DNA of 64,000 bases from Macrostomum lignano (Eukaryota). Below the pieces are notes generated by a model, which saw only the letters and a list, made by a program, of their open reading frames with translations, made no database searches and had not been told where the DNA came from. The position numbers and the translations under genes were made by a program. Every line of letters starts with the position of its first letter. Positions within the stretch are counted from its first letter, which is position 1. The stretch covers positions 76,021-140,020 of the forward strand of contig NIVC01001233.1 in NCBI GenBank assembly GCA_002269645.1, given 5' to 3'. This document shows positions 60,601 through 64,000 of the stretch, piece after piece.

Positions 60601-63600
60601 CGGCGTGTTTGCACCTGGATCAGCGGCACCAAGCCAGAAAGATGAGGTGACGGCCGTGGCCTTCGATCTTGTCGGCAACGTAATAACCGGGGACTCGGCT
60701 GGCCGCCTGCAACTGTGGTGTCGCGACCAAGATGACGCATTCGTGCTCAGACCAGTGGAACGACTGAATCACGCGCATTCGGTGTGTAATATCTAAATAT
60801 ACTAAATATTATACTAAAAATTAAAATTAAAATACTAACTCTAGCTTTAGTATAACCTGATGTGTCTATTCGATAAATCTTCGTCTAATTTATATGCTAA
60901 CTTCACACAGGAGGCAATCCAATGCATGTACATTCTGGGCGATGGCGCTCTGATTTCGGTGTCGGCAAAGCGAATTCACGTCTGGGACACATTGAATGGC
61001 TACAGTCATGTCAAGGAGGCATCGGTAATTCGTCAGATTTTGCTCTTGGTTGTGCCCTGGTGTCCTGAACTTACATAGGTCCTGAAATAACTCTCTGATT
61101 TCAGACCAGCGGCCAGGTCTCGGAGGACATTGCCGCATTGGCACTGAAGCATCCGCGTAGTCTAGACGGACGGCTGGTGGTGGCCACAACTGGCAATTGC
61201 ATCCTAGAGGGCTCTCTGCACGATCAGTTTTTCTGCCTTGTACAGGTGCAGCACAGTTTTACATTAAAAAAATAAGGGGCCATATCTCTACCTTTTGAAT
61301 TACGAGCTAATACTCGCACAACAGGGTCATAAATCGTCCTCAAACGCTAACGGTTTGATTGTGAGCGCCCATCCGAGTGAGCCGGATCTGGCAACCTGCG
61401 GCGGCGCTGACGACGACAGGTCAGTCTGCCGTTGGTCGGCCAGTCAATGTCGATTGGTCTGGCGGGTTGCCGTCGAAGACGCCTGCTCCAGCGCGGCCTA
61501 CCATCCTCGAGGCCACCTGCTACTGCTGGGCACGGCCACGGGTCGGATCGTGGCACTGCAGCATGCGCGCGGGGAGTACGCCATATCCTGTCAGGTCACC
61601 GAACGAGGCCAGGCCGTTGTGTGCGTCCGTTTTAGCAGCAGTGAGTGACATGCTTTGGAATTCCTTTGTAATGGAAAGATGTTGCTGACAGTAATTTGAA
61701 TACGAGCGTACAAAGCTGTCAAAATCAGCAATGCGACTGTTATGATTGATGCCATGAAGGTTCTTTCCTTCTTCGACGCTTCTGTTTAGTTCATTAAGTT
61801 TTGTTTTCAAACCTGAGATGAGACGCGTCTATAAAGTACCCGCCTAACCCAACTCCGTGCTGCCAAGACGGCCGTCTGCTGGCCCTGGGCACCAGCGACG
61901 GGCGAATCTACATGATGTCTGTCGAAGACAACGGACTCGTTTATCGAAAATACCGTCAAGGAACTCTGACCGGCCACTCAAGTCCGTTGGTCCGGCTGGA
62001 CTTTTCAGTGGATTCAGCCACCCTTCGAAGTCAGTCTGAGGACTTGGAAGTCAGATTCTGTAAGTCTGTGATGAAAATTGGATTATTGTCGAGTTTACAA
62101 GTAAAAAAGCCGCGAGTCTTTCTAGCTGTTCGCTGGTGCTTTAACTCTGCACGCAGGGTCGGTGCCAAACATGTCTGAGGTCCCTGGCGCGGAATCCGTC
62201 AGTAACGTGAGATTCTCCACCGAGACATGCTCACTGAGTTACTATCACGCTGCAGCTTGGCAGCTTCATCAAGCCAGTTCAGACACTGGCATCACAGCCT
62301 CGTGCCTGTCCGGTCACGGAGACCTGCTCTGTGCTGGCGACAGCGCAGGACAAGTGAGCATCTTCCGCTATCCAACGCATCCACTACAGGTGAGCCAGCA
62401 AAGCTGAGTGGTAGACTAAGGAATATCATCTGGCTGGGTTATTTTGGAATGGCCTTACTTTCTTATCACACAAATTATGGTTTACTTTGAGGTAACCTTA
62501 AAAGGTCATTTAGATGCAATCAAAGGGTATTGCGATCAACTACTCGTAGTATAGAGTACAAATGAAGCATAAAAATTTGTGACTCGTTTCGAAAAGTAAC
62601 CCACCCTCAAGACATCAAGTTTCATTATACCTTAGTAGCTTCGTTAAGGGTGATTTGTAGCATCAACTAATAGTACGCCGCTAAAGTTTTATAAGTTAAC
62701 ATTGTATATGTCAGTTCTACATGAAACCGCGAATGGCGTGAAATGGCGTGAAACCGCGAATGGCTCATTAAATCAGCTACATGTATGGTTCCTTAGATTG
62801 TCTCATCCTACTCGGATAACTGTGGAACATCTAGAGCTATTACGTGCTTACAAGCCCTGACCTCACGGGAGGGGCGCATTTATTAGATCAAAACAAATCG
62901 GGGCTTGCCGCGTCTGCGTGGTGACTCTGGATAACTTTTGTGCTGATCGTATGGCCTCTGCGCGGGCGAAGTATCTTTCAAGTGTCTGCCCTATCAACTT
63001 ACGATGGTAGGTGATATGCCTACCATGGTTATAACGGGTAACGGAGAATCAGGGTTCCATTCCGGAGAGGGAGCCTGAAAAACGGCGTGCACTTTAGCAG
63101 CGTACTATTAGTTGATGCTACAGATTAAGCTGAGTGATTATCAGTGACTCGAGATTAAGGCTTGTCTTTTTCATATGGTTTTTACATATAAAACTCACAC
63201 TGGAGACGAGAAGAGAGATGAGAAATCAGAGGAGAGAAGAGTAGAGAGAGGAGAGAAGAGGGGAGAAGGGAAATGAGAGGAGAGAAGGGAGAGAAGAAGA
63301 GAGAGGAAAATGGAGAGGAGAGGAGAGAAGAGAAAGGAAAGGAGAGGAAAGGATAGGATAGGATAGGAGAGGAGAGGAGAGGAGAGGAGAGAGAGGAGAG
63401 GAGAGGAGAGGAGAGGAGAGGAGAGGAGAGGAGGGAGAGGAGAGGAGAGGAGAGGAGAGGAGAGGAGGAGAGGAGAGGAGAGGAGAGGAGAGGAGAGGAG
63501 AGAAAGGAGAGGAGAGGAGAGGAGAGGAGAGGAGAGGAGAAGAGAGAAGAGGAGAGGAGAAGAGAGAAGAGGAGATGAGAGAGAGAGGAGACACAAACCT

Positions 63601-63903
63601 TGAACGGGCCGGATAGCTATTAGGAATTTCCAAAGGCCGGATAGAGAGGCTTGTCGGGCCACATGTGTCTGTAAGGAGTTTGTTAACCCCTGTATGTAGC
63701 TCGTATATAAGCGAACCCGCCCTGTGCTTAAACCCCCACCCTTCCAATCTACCACCATACAGAGCCAGTGCGTGACCTCCGACGCTCTGGTGTCGTCAGT
63801 TCGCGATTTGATGTTCGCATTCGGCGACTCCAGACTGCTGGTCACGGACAGAGAGGCCGCTTCGCTGATGCAGTGGAGTCTGGTGCCGGAGCGGCGCTCC
63901 TGA
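57700..63903 (+). CDS. DCX-EMAP: DCX-EMAP-like protein (two doublecortin domains, HELP motif, WD40 TAPE domain), 12 exons
   Basis: Exons 57700-57981, 58323-58790, 58863-59307, 59395-59544, 59637-59856, 60181-60781, 60911-61024, 61105-61245, 61325-61640, 61868-62059, 62157-62389, 63763-63903, all phase-consistent. DCX motif VTFYRNGDPHFRG...GGHYVVS; HELP-like TVRIRG...LQLDWVYG...RHYTEH; WD repeats; AATAAA at 63959. Confidence 0.92.
58080..58140 (+). mobile_element. Possible degenerate tRNA-derived SINE head in intron 1
   Basis: B-box GGGTTCGATTC at 58124-58134; weak A-box-like stretch upstream. Confidence 0.3.
62656..63122. mobile_element. Inverted-repeat-bounded segment enclosing the 18S fragment
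   Basis: TGTAGCATCAACTAATAGTACGCCGCTAAAGT (62656-62687) versus ACTTTAGCAGCGTACTATTAGTTGATGCTACA (63091-63122): 31/32 complementary. Confidence 0.75.
62748..63086 (+). pseudogene. 18S rRNA 5'-region fragment (pseudogene) in intron 11 of the DCX-EMAP-like gene
   Basis: Universal 18S strings GTGAAACCGCGAATGGCTCATTAAATCAG, TCTGCCCTATCAACTT, CCGGAGAGGGAGCCTGA; substitutions at conserved sites (GGGTTCCATTCC, CCTGAAAAACGG); no flanking rDNA. Confidence 0.95.
63200..63595. repeat. (GAGAG)n polypurine tract
   Basis: Direct reading. Confidence 0.96.
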
Positions 63904-64000
63904 GCATCAACGATGTACTCATAAATATTACCTTTATTTACCTTTTGTATTGATACAAATAAAATTCCTTAATATTAAAAATACAACTAACAGTTTTTTC

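Noticed and set aside
62748-63086. Functional rRNA gene or rDNA-targeting R element
   Set aside because: Only ~340 bp, mutated at conserved positions, intronic, and no retroelement ORF nearby.

Overview
Eukaryotic genomic DNA from an intron-rich, satellite-rich animal. GC-rich Gln/Ala-rich exons, dense 15-80 bp tandem arrays and the 18S fragment suggest a flatworm such as Macrostomum (inference). Five or six + strand genes can be built from splice signals and reading phase: (1) the 3' end of a Gln-rich gene (4615-5999); (2) a ~27 kb LIM-domain gene of the EPLIN/LIMA1/XIRP class with four copies of an internal module (12209-39011); (3) neuroendocrine protein 7B2 (42175-43646); (4) a single-exon amidated neuropeptide precursor (49175-49498); (5) a PP1 glycogen-targeting subunit (53000-53878); (6) a 12-exon DCX-EMAP-like gene with two doublecortin domains, HELP motif and WD40 repeats (57700-63903). 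Much of the rest is unrelated short-unit satellites, MITEs and retroelement remnants. Best leads: the RYamide precursor with myosuppressin-like architecture 5.5 kb from 7B2; an 18S rRNA fragment enclosed by inverted repeats in an intron; a ~2 kb CpG-free island over the LIM gene start beside a MITE whose arms differ by CpG decay; and tandem arrays of promoter motifs. All coordinates and alignments were read by eye; no searches were run.
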